A stretch of 64,000 nucleotides of DNA from a virus (lineage: Duplodnaviria > Caudoviricetes), in the IMG/VR virus record IMGVR_UViG_3300032167_000006; one strand, 5' to 3'. Shown here piece after piece: positions 19,918 to 30,805 of the stretch (positions within the stretch are counted from its first letter, which is position 1; every line of letters starts with the position of its first letter). The notes under the pieces are model-generated. The model had not been told where the DNA came from. It did not search any database and worked only from the letters and a program-made list of their open reading frames with translations. Made by a program: the position numbers and the translations under genes.

Positions 19918-20904
19918 ATGACTAATTTACCTATTAGCGGTGAATTCAAAGTAACTGCAACATTTGGACAGCAAGGAAAATACTGGGCCAATGGCCATAA
20001 AGGTTTAGATATTGTTTGTTCGAATAAAAAAATCTATGCGACATGTGATGGTACAGTTCGTGTAGTTGCTTATGATGCAAATGGTTGGGGGCAGTATGTA
20101 TCTATTGGCGACGATAAAGGCAATAAACATCTTTTCTGCCATTTAGTAAAAGGTAGCGTAAAGGTAGTGGAAGGACAGAAAGTATCACGTACAACTGTTC
20201 TTGGTACAATGGGCACTACTGGTAATAGTACAGGCGTACATCTTCATTATCAGATTAATAACTCTAATAATACACCTATTAACCCATGTGATCATTTAGG
20301 TATTCCTAATGCTAAAGGTACTTATAATAGCAAAGATTTTCAGATCAGAGAATTATATAAAGATGATAAGAAGATTGCTTCTTGGGCTAAAGACGCTGTT
20401 TATAATCTTAAAGAAGTAAAGATTATGAATGGAGATACAGTTGGCAATTTTAATCCAACTAATAATATTACAAGACAGGAAATGGCTGTATTAGTTAATA
20501 GTTTATGTACTGTTAAAGGATATGCCTTCCCAGCTTCAACTGATCCTAATGCGTCTAAAAAATACGAAGACGATGCTACTATTGCAAGCTGGGCTAAGAA
20601 AGCTATATATGAATTAAAGAAAAAGAAACTCATGTCAGGTGATGGTACTAACTTTAATCCTAAAGCTAATATTACCCGTCAGGAAGCAGCAGTGCTTATT
20701 AATAATATTTATGCAAAACCAAATGCAGAAGCAGCAAAGTATGCTGATGATTCAAAGATTGCAAAATGGGCAAAAACAGCAGTTTATAATCTTAAACAAG
20801 CTGGTATAATGTCAGGTAAAGGATTTAATAAATTTGATCCTACAGGATATCTTACCAGACAGGAAGCTGCTGTACTTGTATCAGGTCTTATTAAGAAAAA
20901 ATAA
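19918..20904 (+). CDS. Endolysin: M23 peptidase plus three SLH domains
   Basis: HKGLD (HxxxD) and HLH zinc motifs; three repeats IASWAK.A...L....IM.G...F.P...ITRQE.AV. Confidence 0.9.
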   Translation: MTNLPISGEFKVTATFGQQGKYWANGHKGLDIVCSNKKIYATCDGTVRVVAYDANGWGQYVSIGDDKGNKHLFCHLVKGSVKVVEGQKVSRTTVLGTMGTTGNSTGVHLHYQINNSNNTPINPCDHLGIPNAKGTYNSKDFQIRELYKDDKKIASWAKDAVYNLKEVKIMNGDTVGNFNPTNNITRQEMAVLVNSLCTVKGYAFPASTDPNASKKYEDDATIASWAKKAIYELKKKKLMSGDGTNFNPKANITRQEAAVLINNIYAKPNAEAAKYADDSKIAKWAKTAVYNLKQAGIMSGKGFNKFDPTGYLTRQEAAVLVSGLIKKK

Positions 20905-20911
20905 TATTATT

Positions 20912-20935
20912 GGGGATGGTTTAATTACCATCCCC
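20912..20935 (+). terminator. Hairpin, TTAATT loop
   Basis: ggggatggt-ttaatt-accatcccc followed by ttattattttt. Confidence 0.75.
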
Positions 20936-20976
20936 TTATTATTTTTAAATATATTTTATGAAAGAAGGTATGAATA

Positions 20977-21831
20977 ATGACAAAAACAATTGGATTAGAC
21001 GCAGGGCATGGTTTACATACTGCAGGTAAACAAACACCAAATGGAATCAAAGAATGGATTTTAAATGATAAGGTTAGAGATAAGGTGGTAGAAATGCTCT
21101 CAGGGTATGATGTGAATATTATTCATACTGATAATGACGAAGGGACTGTAGATGAAGCTCTTAGAACACGTGTTAATATTTATAAAAATATTAAAGTCGA
21201 TGCATTTGTTTCAATACATCATAATGCTTATACTAGTAAATGGAATAATGCAACAGGCGTTGAAGTATTTACAGATAAAAATCCTACAAGTAAAGACAAT
21301 GAACTTGCAAATTGTATATATAGTAGATTAGTAAAATTTACTGGCCTTAAAGGTAGGGGTATAAAAAGAGAAGCTTTTACTGTAATAAATCAAAATACTA
21401 TTCCTGCTGTTTTAGTTGAAGGTGGGTTTATGGATAGTAATATAGATTATAAGGTTATCACTTCAGATTCTGGGCAAACTGCATATGCTAAAGCTGTGGC
21501 TGAAGGCTTAATAGAATTTTTAAATCTAAAAAAGAAAGTAAGTCTTACTAATAAATTATATAGGGTTCGTAAAACTTGGAATAATCCGTCCTCTCAAATA
21601 GGAGCATATTCTATTTTAGATAATGCTAAGAAAGCTTGTAAGAAAGGATATTCTGTATTTGATGATAATGGAAATATAGTATATTCAAATGCTTTAAAAT
21701 CAAATGAAGAAATCGCTAAAGAAGTATTAGCAGGAAAATGGGGTAATGATCCTGATCGTAAAAACAAGCTTAAAGCTGCTGGATATGATCATAAAGCTAT
21801 TCAAGCCATTGTAAATAAATTATATAAATAA
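20977..21831 (+). CDS. Endolysin: N-acetylmuramoyl-L-alanine amidase (Amidase_3) plus CW_7 domain
   Basis: LDAGHG, KE, SIHHNA, AVLVEGGF; C-terminal IAKEVLAGKWGN.PDRK.KL.AAGYD...IQ..VN. Confidence 0.9.
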   Translation: MTKTIGLDAGHGLHTAGKQTPNGIKEWILNDKVRDKVVEMLSGYDVNIIHTDNDEGTVDEALRTRVNIYKNIKVDAFVSIHHNAYTSKWNNATGVEVFTDKNPTSKDNELANCIYSRLVKFTGLKGRGIKREAFTVINQNTIPAVLVEGGFMDSNIDYKVITSDSGQTAYAKAVAEGLIEFLNLKKKVSLTNKLYRVRKTWNNPSSQIGAYSILDNAKKACKKGYSVFDDNGNIVYSNALKSNEEIAKEVLAGKWGNDPDRKNKLKAAGYDHKAIQAIVNKLYK

Positions 21832-21843
21832 AGCAAAAAATAT

Positions 21844-21867
21844 AGCAAGGGCAATTAAGCCCTTGCT
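21844..21867. terminator. Bidirectional hairpin between convergent genes (loop reads TTAATT on minus strand)
   Basis: agcaagggc-aattaa-gcccttgct with an A-tract before and a T-tract after. Confidence 0.8.
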
Positions 21868-21880
21868 TATTCTTTTTTAA

Positions 21881-22813
21881 TTAAAATTCATGAAAATCTA
21901 CATGATCACAATTATCACATTCATATCTATATTTTGGTGGATAAGATGTAAGAACCATAGTTAAGTTTTTACGCACATTTCCTCCACATTTAGGGCATTT
22001 ATATTTTGGTTCTGAAAATTCAACTTGCATATTTAAATTACTCTTAAATAAGTGAGCATGATTATTTATATATTCTTCTCTATCTGCTAAAGTAGCTTGA
22101 GGATAATCTCCAGTTAATATACAAGTACCTTCTAAATAAGTATCAGATACTGTTAATGAATTAGATATACCTTCAGTTATATTTATAGGTTCTTCTATTT
22201 TATCGGTACCTGTAATATCTTCATCATTAATAATTTCTTTTAATCTTTCATTTATTTTAATACCGCTATATAAATTAGGTGAAGTTCCAAAATGTACATG
22301 TTTATTATTAAATACACTAAATGCATAATGCATTAATCTCGCTACAACTCTTAAAGGTACTTTGCCAGTACAAGCTCCAAAAGCTGGTATTACAATTGCT
22401 TTAAGATGGCATGTTTTTGCTTTAGCTAAGCAAGCATACGTACAGTCATAAATTACACGAGGATCAATAATTTCTTCTGGTATTCTCATTGTAGGAGTAT
22501 GTAAGATTACATGTTTACCATAGCATACTGCCATACATGAACCAACAGGTTGATAACCATAATATTTTGCATCTAATATTGTAAATACATTAGTCTGAGT
22601 CATTTCTCCTAAATATTCTATAATAGCTGCATCATATCCTCCGCTCATAACACCATAACTATTTGCAGGAGATACTATACCATCTATATCTTTATGAGTA
22701 TCCATAAAATGCCTAAAATTATCGTTAACAATTTTAAGTTCAAATGTTTCATTAAATACTTTTTTCCATTCAGCCACCATATCAGGATTTTGATCTAATA
22801 AATAAATTTTCAT
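21881..22813 (-). CDS. Macrodomain (ADP-ribose processing) protein with C-terminal zinc ribbon
   Basis: IVSPANSYG.MSGGYDAAI, ILHTPTM, IVIPAFGACTG; CPKC...CDNC at the C-terminus. Confidence 0.85.
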   Translation of the reverse strand: MKIYLLDQNPDMVAEWKKVFNETFELKIVNDNFRHFMDTHKDIDGIVSPANSYGVMSGGYDAAIIEYLGEMTQTNVFTILDAKYYGYQPVGSCMAVCYGKHVILHTPTMRIPEEIIDPRVIYDCTYACLAKAKTCHLKAIVIPAFGACTGKVPLRVVARLMHYAFSVFNNKHVHFGTSPNLYSGIKINERLKEIINDEDITGTDKIEEPINITEGISNSLTVSDTYLEGTCILTGDYPQATLADREEYINNHAHLFKSNLNMQVEFSEPKYKCPKCGGNVRKNLTMVLTSYPPKYRYECDNCDHVDFHEF

Positions 22814-22838
22814 GCTAAATTTCCTCTTTTCTTTAATT

Positions 22839-22851
22839 TTATTTAATTGTA
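22839..22851 (-). promoter_or_regulatory. Putative late promoter TACA-attaaa-TAA
   Basis: Predicted +1 lies 27 nt upstream of the macrodomain gene start. Confidence 0.55.
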
Positions 22852-22903
22852 AAAGATTACATATTTTTATAAATTAATTAAAGACAGATATTTGAAATAG
22901 CCA

Positions 22904-22916
22904 AACAATCTAATAA
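22904..22916 (+). promoter_or_regulatory. Putative late promoter AACA-atctaa-TAA
   Basis: AR9-type consensus; +1 lies 19 nt before ATG 22934. Confidence 0.75.
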
Positions 22917-22933
22917 AAGGAAGGTGATATGAT

Positions 22934-25900
22934 ATGTCAATTAAAGTTCTTTCTAATATAGAACCAAAAAGACCAGATCTATATAAAGTTACTGATGGTG
23001 CATATGTTGGATACGAGAATGCAAAAATGGAAGGTGTAGATAATGTATCAGCTGCAATTGATAATATTTATGGTATTATTACAGCAGAGCCTACAATGGA
23101 ATATCATGCAGATTATCCAGAAAAACAATATTGGGCTTTGGATGATACACCAATAATAAATTTTATCTATAAAACAACTATACCTGGTAAATATACTATA
23201 AGTGTTACTCGTAATGGTATAGCAATACCAATAGCTGATAAACAACGTAGTGGTAGTGGTACAATAAGTATACAGTTACCAAAAGCTACAACTCAAGGTC
23301 TATTTGCATATGAAGTATCTATTGTAGATGGAATGGGTAATATTAATTCACTTAAATATACATTTATTTATGGTGGAGTTACAATCAGTTCTGATTTTAA
23401 TAATATTTTAAATAATAAAGTGTTTACTGTTGGAGATGATTTAACCTTTCCAATTAGTATATCATATGCGGAAGACGGTCAAAGAAATATTTCTTACTTT
23501 GTTTACGATTCTTCCGGTAAGGAAGTTAAAAAAGGTGTTAAAACTTTAGGCGATAAAGATGTAAATAATGAAACTATAGATACTGAATTTAAATTCACTA
23601 AAAAAGATTTATATACATTAAAATTAGAAGGTAATGTAAATAACGCATTATATTCAAACAAACTGGAATATTCATTTAATGTATTAAATCCTAATTCTAT
23701 AGCTGTAAGCATTACACAATGGCCTAAAAATAATCCAACAACAGATGATGCAATTTCTATAGGATATCGTGTTATTACAAATATAGATGAATTAAAAGAC
23801 AATAATGAATTATGCGCTATATTATCAATTTATAAAATAAATGATGATCTTACAGAAACAAGAATAAAATCGTTAACTACCCCACTTACTTCAGGCGATA
23901 TTAAAATGTGGAATATTGGACGTATATCATCTGATGGTAATTATAAATTAAAACTTGAAGGTGGTATAAATGGCGGTAGTATCACAGATGATATTATAGT
24001 AGACTCCATTCTATACAATTTAAGTATAGGTAAAGGCGGTAGTTCAAACTATTTAAATGATAGCCATTTAATAGCTTATTTTGATGCTAATGAAATGGAT
24101 AATGCTGATAAGGATCCATATATATGGGAATCATCTAAAAATTCTCAATACTATTTTAAATTACATGGATTGAATTATCAAACCAATGGATGGGTAACAG
24201 ATGAAAATGGGCAAAAAATGTTATCATTTACAGGCGATTCATACGGCGAAATGAGATACAAGTATACAGATGATAAAGGTAAATTACAAGATGAAGCATA
24301 TTGTCCTATGAATTATACTAATAACGGAAATACAATAGAAATATTATTCCGTAGTAAATGTATAGGTGAATTAGGCGCAAATGTTTTAACTTGTAGATAT
24401 GGCAACTCTACTGCATCTGGCGGATATATTTTAAAATATGATAATGTATCTATTGCTACTGTAGGAGATGAAAATATATCAAGAGTTATTTCAGAAGATC
24501 GTTGGACGCATGTATGTTTTGTAATCGATAATGATATTAGAGCAGAAGTAATAAAAGATAAAGTTAATTTAGAAGATTTAAATACATTTAATAGCATGAA
24601 GATATATATTGATGGATGCTTATCTGCATGTAACAGCATTGGTGATTGGAAATTTGCTGGTAATAATGATGAATCTTCAGCAAAGCAATTGTTACTCAAT
24701 GCTGCATATACAGGTTTAAATAGTTTTGGTGAATTCGGAACTTGTGATATTAAATTATTAAGAATATACGATAAAGCATTAACCTCTACAGAAGTTCTTG
24801 GTAATTATATTAGTAGTATAAGTGATATAGAAAAGAGAGTAGCAATACAAAATAAAAATAATATAGATTATGCTGATGTACCAGTCATTTATTTTATTAG
24901 AAATAAACAAGGCTATATTGGTGATACTGCTCCAGTAGAAAAAACATTTGCTACTTTAAATACCATTCAAAAGAAAGAAGGTTCTGGCCCTACATCAAAA
25001 AACTCATGGGTTAATTGTACCGTATGGTATAAGTACCATGATGATAGTGGTAACTGGTATACTGAAAAATATGAAGATGTAGATGTATATTTACAGGGTA
25101 CATCTTCATTAAAATATGCTGTTAAAAATTATAAAATTAAATTATATAAAAATTCAACAATAGAAGAAACTGGCGAATATGATGAAAATGGCAATCCTAT
25201 TATATTAAAAAAACACGGTGCAAAAAATAAAATAATACCACCTAATAAAGAAAATGATGCAACTTGGATTGTTCCGGATAGTACATATACTCTTAAATGT
25301 GATTATATGGAGCAATCTCATAAAAATAATACATGTACAGCCATTTTCTATGAAAATCTATTATCTGAAATTGTTAATACTGATGCAGTAAAAAATTATG
25401 GTGTTAATGATAAATATAGCGTTGCAAAACAACAAAAAACAACTTATTATGATGCTAATGGAGAAGAAATAACTGTAAATAAATTTAGAGATGCTATAAA
25501 TGGTTTTCCAGTAATATTATATTATAATGATAATTATATAAATGATAATACAATCGATCTTAATGAAACAGATGATTATGGCGGAAATACACAAGACGTA
25601 TATGCTGGAACTTATATGTTTAATGTAGATAAAGAAGGAAAACAATTAGGATTTGAAATAAATAGCGGTAGTAATACACCTTTAAGTTATACTGATGATG
25701 ATGGGAATGAAGTAGTATTAGATGATATTACATATGATATACTTCCATGTGTATCATTTGAAGGTACTACCAATATCGATACAAATGGTGCATGTGGATT
25801 TTATGACTACGATTTATTATCAGAAGACGATAAAAAGGGATTTTCTGATAAATATGCTTATATAGGTGCGACATTTGAACCTAGATTTACTTATGTCGAT

Positions 25901-28900
25901 GATTTAGAGAAAAAACTTGAAAAAAAATATAGAAATGAATTTATGTATGATGCTGAAGGTAATGAAACTAATGAGTATAAAACTTTAGTAGATGAAGTAA
26001 TTGCTAAATTTGTTGAAGAGGGAAAAGAATATACCGAAGATGATTTACAAACCGCTATAGATGATGCAGTAAACAATATCGTAACCCAAATTGTGGATAA
26101 TATAAAAAATCATGTAACTTTTGATAAAATGTACCAAACAATAAAATGGGTTAACGCAAATTGTAATAATGAGAAAAAGTTTAAAAATGAATTTAAAAAT
26201 TATTTTAGTTTTACATATTGTTTGGCTTATTATTTACAAATGATGGTATTTGCTCAAATAGACAATGCTGGTAAAAACGCTATGTTTGATACCTGGGGCG
26301 GTGTATTTTATCCACGTCCATATGATATGGATACACAGATGGGATTTAATAATATAGGAGAAGATGTAATTATACCATCTGCAGAAATAAATTGTTATAT
26401 GACTAAAGAGGAAATAACTGGTGATTTTAAATTATTTGCCTCTATTATTAGCGGATTGCCAGATGCGGATGGAAATGAATATGATCCAAATAAACATATA
26501 AGATTTAATTCATATAACACTCTTGTATCTAATTTATGGAATGCATTTGGTACATATTTCCATGAAGAAATAGCCAGTACGTATAAATATTTACGTGAAA
26601 AAGGAATATATAATGTAGATAATATATGTAGATTAGTAGATAGTTATACCACTGATATAATAGGGGAATCTTTTTATAATAAAGATGCAGTTTCTAAATA
26701 CATAAATGTGAATAAATACCTATTTGCTTGTCAGGGAAATAGAAGTAGTAGATATCGTAATTTTCTAGAGCAACGTATTATATTTTTAGATACCGTATAT
26801 AATTATGCTAAAAATAATTTAAATACAAATGCTGGTTTCCGTTCTGCTATAGTAAACGTTACAGGCGCTAATACTGGAGTGCTTGGTTTGACTACATATA
26901 CGCCTCAATATGTTAATATACGTGTAGGTGAAGAATGTGAAATAACTGTGTACATAGATCAAGACAGTAAATATAACTTAAATGGTACTGTTTATAACGG
27001 CGCTTTATTAACATTACCATTTGCAGGCCCTGATATATCTGTTATTATTTCTGGAGCTGGAAATATAAAAACTATTGATCATACTGCAGCATTATACCTC
27101 AAATCGTACGAAATAGAAAATTGTACAAAATTAAATAATATAGCAATTACAAATTCTTCTATGCTGGAATCTATTAAAACATTATCTAATACTTATTTAC
27201 GTAGCGTAAATTTAAGCGGTAATAGAAAATTAGTATCAGCTCTTACTTTGGCAGAATGTAAAAATCTTAAAGAAGTTGATATAAGCAATAGTGCTATATC
27301 AAGTATTTCTTTACCTGAAGGTGCTCCATTATCTTTAATAAATCTTAAAAATAGTAAAATAGGTTCATTAACTCTATCTGGATTACAATTTATTGATAAT
27401 GATGGTTTGAATCTTGAAGGATGTAATAATTTAACAACTTTAAAAATTTCAAATTGTCCAAATATAACAGAATTGGATATATCAAGTTTAATAAATCTTC
27501 AGGAATTAGTAATTGATAATATGCCAGGATTAGAGACATTAGATTTATCTTCAAGTAAATTAAATACTTTTAATATTACAAATTGTAATAATTTAAAAGA
27601 ACTTAAATTGGATGCTTGTTCTGGTAATGTGCTTAAAGACTTAAACTTGACTTCTTTGTATAGTTTGGAAAAATTATCTTTAAAAAATGCAACATGTTCT
27701 GACGGCATATTTATATCATTGCCGAAGTATATAAAAGAGTATGTTGATATGCCAAAAGACGAACAAGATAATCTAACTGAAGAAGAAAGAAAAGATTATT
27801 TATGGGGAGAGTCTTTAACCTATATAGATGTATCTGGTAGTAGTTTAAAAGAAATCAGATATGGTGGTCTTAAAAATGTAGATGATCCTGTTGCTGATAT
27901 GACTCAATTAACTAATTTAGAACGTACTACATGGGATAATTATAGTAATACGTTCAATAATTGTGGTATGATTCAAAAAATTATTAATTTTAATATTAAA
28001 GGTAGTTTGAGTGAAACATTTAGATATTGTAAGAGCTTAACATATGTTTCAGGTACTGTTGTAGATTGTACGTCTTTGGCTAGTAGCTTTTATGATTGTG
28101 AAAATATTGATGAAATTAATTTAACTTTTACTGATCCAAGACCTACAAATGCAGATAGTATATTTTACGCATGTTTTAATTTACCTGTAAGCTACATGAA
28201 TTCTATATTAGAAAGTAATACCACTATAACAAGTTTAAATAATGCATTTTATAAATGCTATAAAATAACAGGTGGTACAGTAGCTAAAGGCGGAATGCCA
28301 AATATAGCATGTTTACCAAAATTAAATTCAATGTATGGTGGATTTTTACGTTGCACTAATTTAAAATCAATACCGCAAGGATATCTTAATAATAATACTA
28401 AATTAACAAATCTAACTTATTGTTTTGGGGATTGTACTGCATTAGAATCAGTACCACATTCATTATTTAAAAATTGTACCGATCTTGAAGGATTAAGATC
28501 GTGCTTCACAGGATGCTCAGCATTATCATCATTTTTTGACAATGCAACTAATACGGAAATTAATCAGGAAGATTATAGTCCATATGATATTTTACCAGCA
28601 CCTGTATCAGGCACTAATAAAATAACAAATATATCATTTTTATTTAGCGAATGTAAAAATTTACAATTTCCTACAAACAAAAATGGAACCACTTATTCTT
28701 TATATGATTTCTTTAAAAATGCTAAAAATTTAACTCTTGCCGAAGGAACATTTATAGGATGCGGAAAGTTAACAGAAATACCAAATGGTGTTTTAAAAGA
28801 AAATACTAAATTAATATCTATTATTGGTATATTTAAAGCCACTGGATTGGAAAGTTTGCCAACCAATTTATTTGGTAATAAAACAGGAACCCATACATCT

Positions 28901-30760
28901 TTAACAAATGCTTCAGGTATATTTGCTAATTGTTTAAATATGACAGGTATAGCTTATAAATCATTATTTACTGGGGCTGAAAATATAACATCATTAGGAT
29001 ATAATAGATCTAGTCAGGCAATAATAGATAGTGCTATGTATTTATATACACTTGGAATATTTGCAAATACTAAAATTAGTGGTTATGCATCTGATTTGTT
29101 GAGTGATTTATCAAGTTTAATAAATGTATCTTGCTTATTTGCTAAGGGTACTTTATCTAATTTTAAAGGTACTAAAGATAACCCACCAACATTTACTCCA
29201 AGTTCGACTCATAGCAATTCGAATGTACTTAATACTACTTATTTTATATCTGAAGAGAAAACAGTACTAACACGCTGGTCTGATCAATTATTTATAAATA
29301 ATACCAATCTTAAATATGCTGATTATGTATTTGCTGGAAATACTGGAATGATTGGTTTTTGTGATGAAAATGGCAATGATACAAATGATGTACAATTGTT
29401 TTCAAAACAGGAAAACGATGAAGGTAAGTTTGTAAATAATACTGTAGAAAGTATAAATGGCATGTTCGCAGAGTGTTGTATTGCAAAAGAAGATACAGAT
29501 GGAGACATAACGTATATTGGTTTGCAAACGCCAATCCATAATACTATCTTTAAAGATTTAACTGCACTTGAAGATGCAAAAGATGTATTTATGAATTGCT
29601 ATGGCTTACCAGGTAAGCTTAATGCAGATATATTTGAAAATTGTCTATCTTTAGAAACAACAACAGGTATGTTTTATGGATGTAGTAATTTAGGTATAGA
29701 TGATGATAGTAATTCTATATCTATATCAAATAAGATATTTGATTATTGCAGAGATTCATTAATAGATGTATCGTATATGTTTACACAATGTGGTTTTGCT
29801 GGTAGAATCGGAATAGGAAGTGCTCCAACAAAAGATCCTGAAACTAATGAAATTATATCTTATGATAATAAAGGACTGCTTGCAGAATGTACATCACTGG
29901 TATCTGCTAAGGCCATGTTTGCTTTATGTAAAAATCTTAAAGGGGCTATACCTCAAGATCTATTCTATACTAGAGATCTTACTAGATTATATAGTAGCTT
30001 AAATAATATATCATACTTATTTAGTGGTTGTTGCGGATTAGGTAGATTTTATGGAGAACCTGCAGTAATAATAGGTGGTAATCCAGCTGTTATATATGAA
30101 GATTATATCAACAATGATGGTGATGTGGAATATAGACTTATACCAAGTAACTGGTTATCTAAATGCCCTGCTATAGCAGATATATCATATTTATTCTGTA
30201 ATATAGCTTCAAATAATAATATACCTCATATAAAAGAATCATCAGGTTTTAAAATAGATGATGATAATTATAGATTGGTACTTGATGAGTCCGTATTTTC
30301 AACTCAAATTTATATAACAAATGCTAAATTCGCATTTGCTAACATTAAGACATTAACAGGTAGTATTTCTAATGAATTTATGAAATATTGTTTATCTTTA
30401 TTAAAGGATGTTTCATTTATATTTGCAAAAAATATTAATTTAGAATCTGTTGGTGGTACTAGTGATACTGCAGTATTCCAATTATATTCTACATCTGAAG
30501 GTACTAATAATATTAATACAGCATTAAAAAATATTTCATATGCTTTTTACAGATGCGCAAATTTAACAGGATATGCTCCAGATAAAGATAAATTTAGATT
30601 TAATACATTTACAGGTATGGTGTATAATTGTCCTAATATAACTAATAAATCTATTTATGAAGGTACACAATACAGCCAAGTACCAGAAGAGTTATGGTCT
30701 GATTACTTTATTAATAGATGTGATACTCATACATGCAATTTTTCAAGAGTATTTAATTAA
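22934..30760 (+). CDS. Giant multidomain protein: Ig-like, LamG, CotH-like kinase, LRR and BspA/DUF285-like repeats
   Basis: LamG-like WTHVCF...IYIDG...IRIYDKALT; kinase QGTSS..YAVKNY, LKCDY, NGFPV, DNAGKN, YDMDT; long LxxLxLxxC and FxxCxxL repeat arrays. Confidence 0.75.
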   Translation: MSIKVLSNIEPKRPDLYKVTDGAYVGYENAKMEGVDNVSAAIDNIYGIITAEPTMEYHADYPEKQYWALDDTPIINFIYKTTIPGKYTISVTRNGIAIPIADKQRSGSGTISIQLPKATTQGLFAYEVSIVDGMGNINSLKYTFIYGGVTISSDFNNILNNKVFTVGDDLTFPISISYAEDGQRNISYFVYDSSGKEVKKGVKTLGDKDVNNETIDTEFKFTKKDLYTLKLEGNVNNALYSNKLEYSFNVLNPNSIAVSITQWPKNNPTTDDAISIGYRVITNIDELKDNNELCAILSIYKINDDLTETRIKSLTTPLTSGDIKMWNIGRISSDGNYKLKLEGGINGGSITDDIIVDSILYNLSIGKGGSSNYLNDSHLIAYFDANEMDNADKDPYIWESSKNSQYYFKLHGLNYQTNGWVTDENGQKMLSFTGDSYGEMRYKYTDDKGKLQDEAYCPMNYTNNGNTIEILFRSKCIGELGANVLTCRYGNSTASGGYILKYDNVSIATVGDENISRVISEDRWTHVCFVIDNDIRAEVIKDKVNLEDLNTFNSMKIYIDGCLSACNSIGDWKFAGNNDESSAKQLLLNAAYTGLNSFGEFGTCDIKLLRIYDKALTSTEVLGNYISSISDIEKRVAIQNKNNIDYADVPVIYFIRNKQGYIGDTAPVEKTFATLNTIQKKEGSGPTSKNSWVNCTVWYKYHDDSGNWYTEKYEDVDVYLQGTSSLKYAVKNYKIKLYKNSTIEETGEYDENGNPIILKKHGAKNKIIPPNKENDATWIVPDSTYTLKCDYMEQSHKNNTCTAIFYENLLSEIVNTDAVKNYGVNDKYSVAKQQKTTYYDANGEEITVNKFRDAINGFPVILYYNDNYINDNTIDLNETDDYGGNTQDVYAGTYMFNVDKEGKQLGFEINSGSNTPLSYTDDDGNEVVLDDITYDILPCVSFEGTTNIDTNGACGFYDYDLLSEDDKKGFSDKYAYIGATFEPRFTYVDDLEKKLEKKYRNEFMYDAEGNETNEYKTLVDEVIAKFVEEGKEYTEDDLQTAIDDAVNNIVTQIVDNIKNHVTFDKMYQTIKWVNANCNNEKKFKNEFKNYFSFTYCLAYYLQMMVFAQIDNAGKNAMFDTWGGVFYPRPYDMDTQMGFNNIGEDVIIPSAEINCYMTKEEITGDFKLFASIISGLPDADGNEYDPNKHIRFNSYNTLVSNLWNAFGTYFHEEIASTYKYLREKGIYNVDNICRLVDSYTTDIIGESFYNKDAVSKYINVNKYLFACQGNRSSRYRNFLEQRIIFLDTVYNYAKNNLNTNAGFRSAIVNVTGANTGVLGLTTYTPQYVNIRVGEECEITVYIDQDSKYNLNGTVYNGALLTLPFAGPDISVIISGAGNIKTIDHTAALYLKSYEIENCTKLNNIAITNSSMLESIKTLSNTYLRSVNLSGNRKLVSALTLAECKNLKEVDISNSAISSISLPEGAPLSLINLKNSKIGSLTLSGLQFIDNDGLNLEGCNNLTTLKISNCPNITELDISSLINLQELVIDNMPGLETLDLSSSKLNTFNITNCNNLKELKLDACSGNVLKDLNLTSLYSLEKLSLKNATCSDGIFISLPKYIKEYVDMPKDEQDNLTEEERKDYLWGESLTYIDVSGSSLKEIRYGGLKNVDDPVADMTQLTNLERTTWDNYSNTFNNCGMIQKIINFNIKGSLSETFRYCKSLTYVSGTVVDCTSLASSFYDCENIDEINLTFTDPRPTNADSIFYACFNLPVSYMNSILESNTTITSLNNAFYKCYKITGGTVAKGGMPNIACLPKLNSMYGGFLRCTNLKSIPQGYLNNNTKLTNLTYCFGDCTALESVPHSLFKNCTDLEGLRSCFTGCSALSSFFDNATNTEINQEDYSPYDILPAPVSGTNKITNISFLFSECKNLQFPTNKNGTTYSLYDFFKNAKNLTLAEGTFIGCGKLTEIPNGVLKENTKLISIIGIFKATGLESLPTNLFGNKTGTHTSLTNASGIFANCLNMTGIAYKSLFTGAENITSLGYNRSSQAIIDSAMYLYTLGIFANTKISGYASDLLSDLSSLINVSCLFAKGTLSNFKGTKDNPPTFTPSSTHSNSNVLNTTYFISEEKTVLTRWSDQLFINNTNLKYADYVFAGNTGMIGFCDENGNDTNDVQLFSKQENDEGKFVNNTVESINGMFAECCIAKEDTDGDITYIGLQTPIHNTIFKDLTALEDAKDVFMNCYGLPGKLNADIFENCLSLETTTGMFYGCSNLGIDDDSNSISISNKIFDYCRDSLIDVSYMFTQCGFAGRIGIGSAPTKDPETNEIISYDNKGLLAECTSLVSAKAMFALCKNLKGAIPQDLFYTRDLTRLYSSLNNISYLFSGCCGLGRFYGEPAVIIGGNPAVIYEDYINNDGDVEYRLIPSNWLSKCPAIADISYLFCNIASNNNIPHIKESSGFKIDDDNYRLVLDESVFSTQIYITNAKFAFANIKTLTGSISNEFMKYCLSLLKDVSFIFAKNINLESVGGTSDTAVFQLYSTSEGTNNINTALKNISYAFYRCANLTGYAPDKDKFRFNTFTGMVYNCPNITNKSIYEGTQYSQVPEELWSDYFINRCDTHTCNFSRVFN

Positions 30761-30769
30761 TACAATATT

Positions 30770-30801
30770 TATACCCATAGGGATTACTCCCTATGGGTAT
30801 A
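30770..30801. terminator. Hairpin between convergent genes (GTAA loop on minus strand)
   Basis: tatacccataggga-ttac-tccctatgggtata followed by ctttttatttt. Confidence 0.8.
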
Positions 30802-30805
30802 CTTT

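Noticed and set aside
1-30760. Diversity-generating retroelement or invertase shufflon acting on fibre genes
   Set aside because: No reverse transcriptase or recombinase in the window, and no template/variable repeat pair differing only at adenines was seen; the repeats are ordinary protein-level repeats
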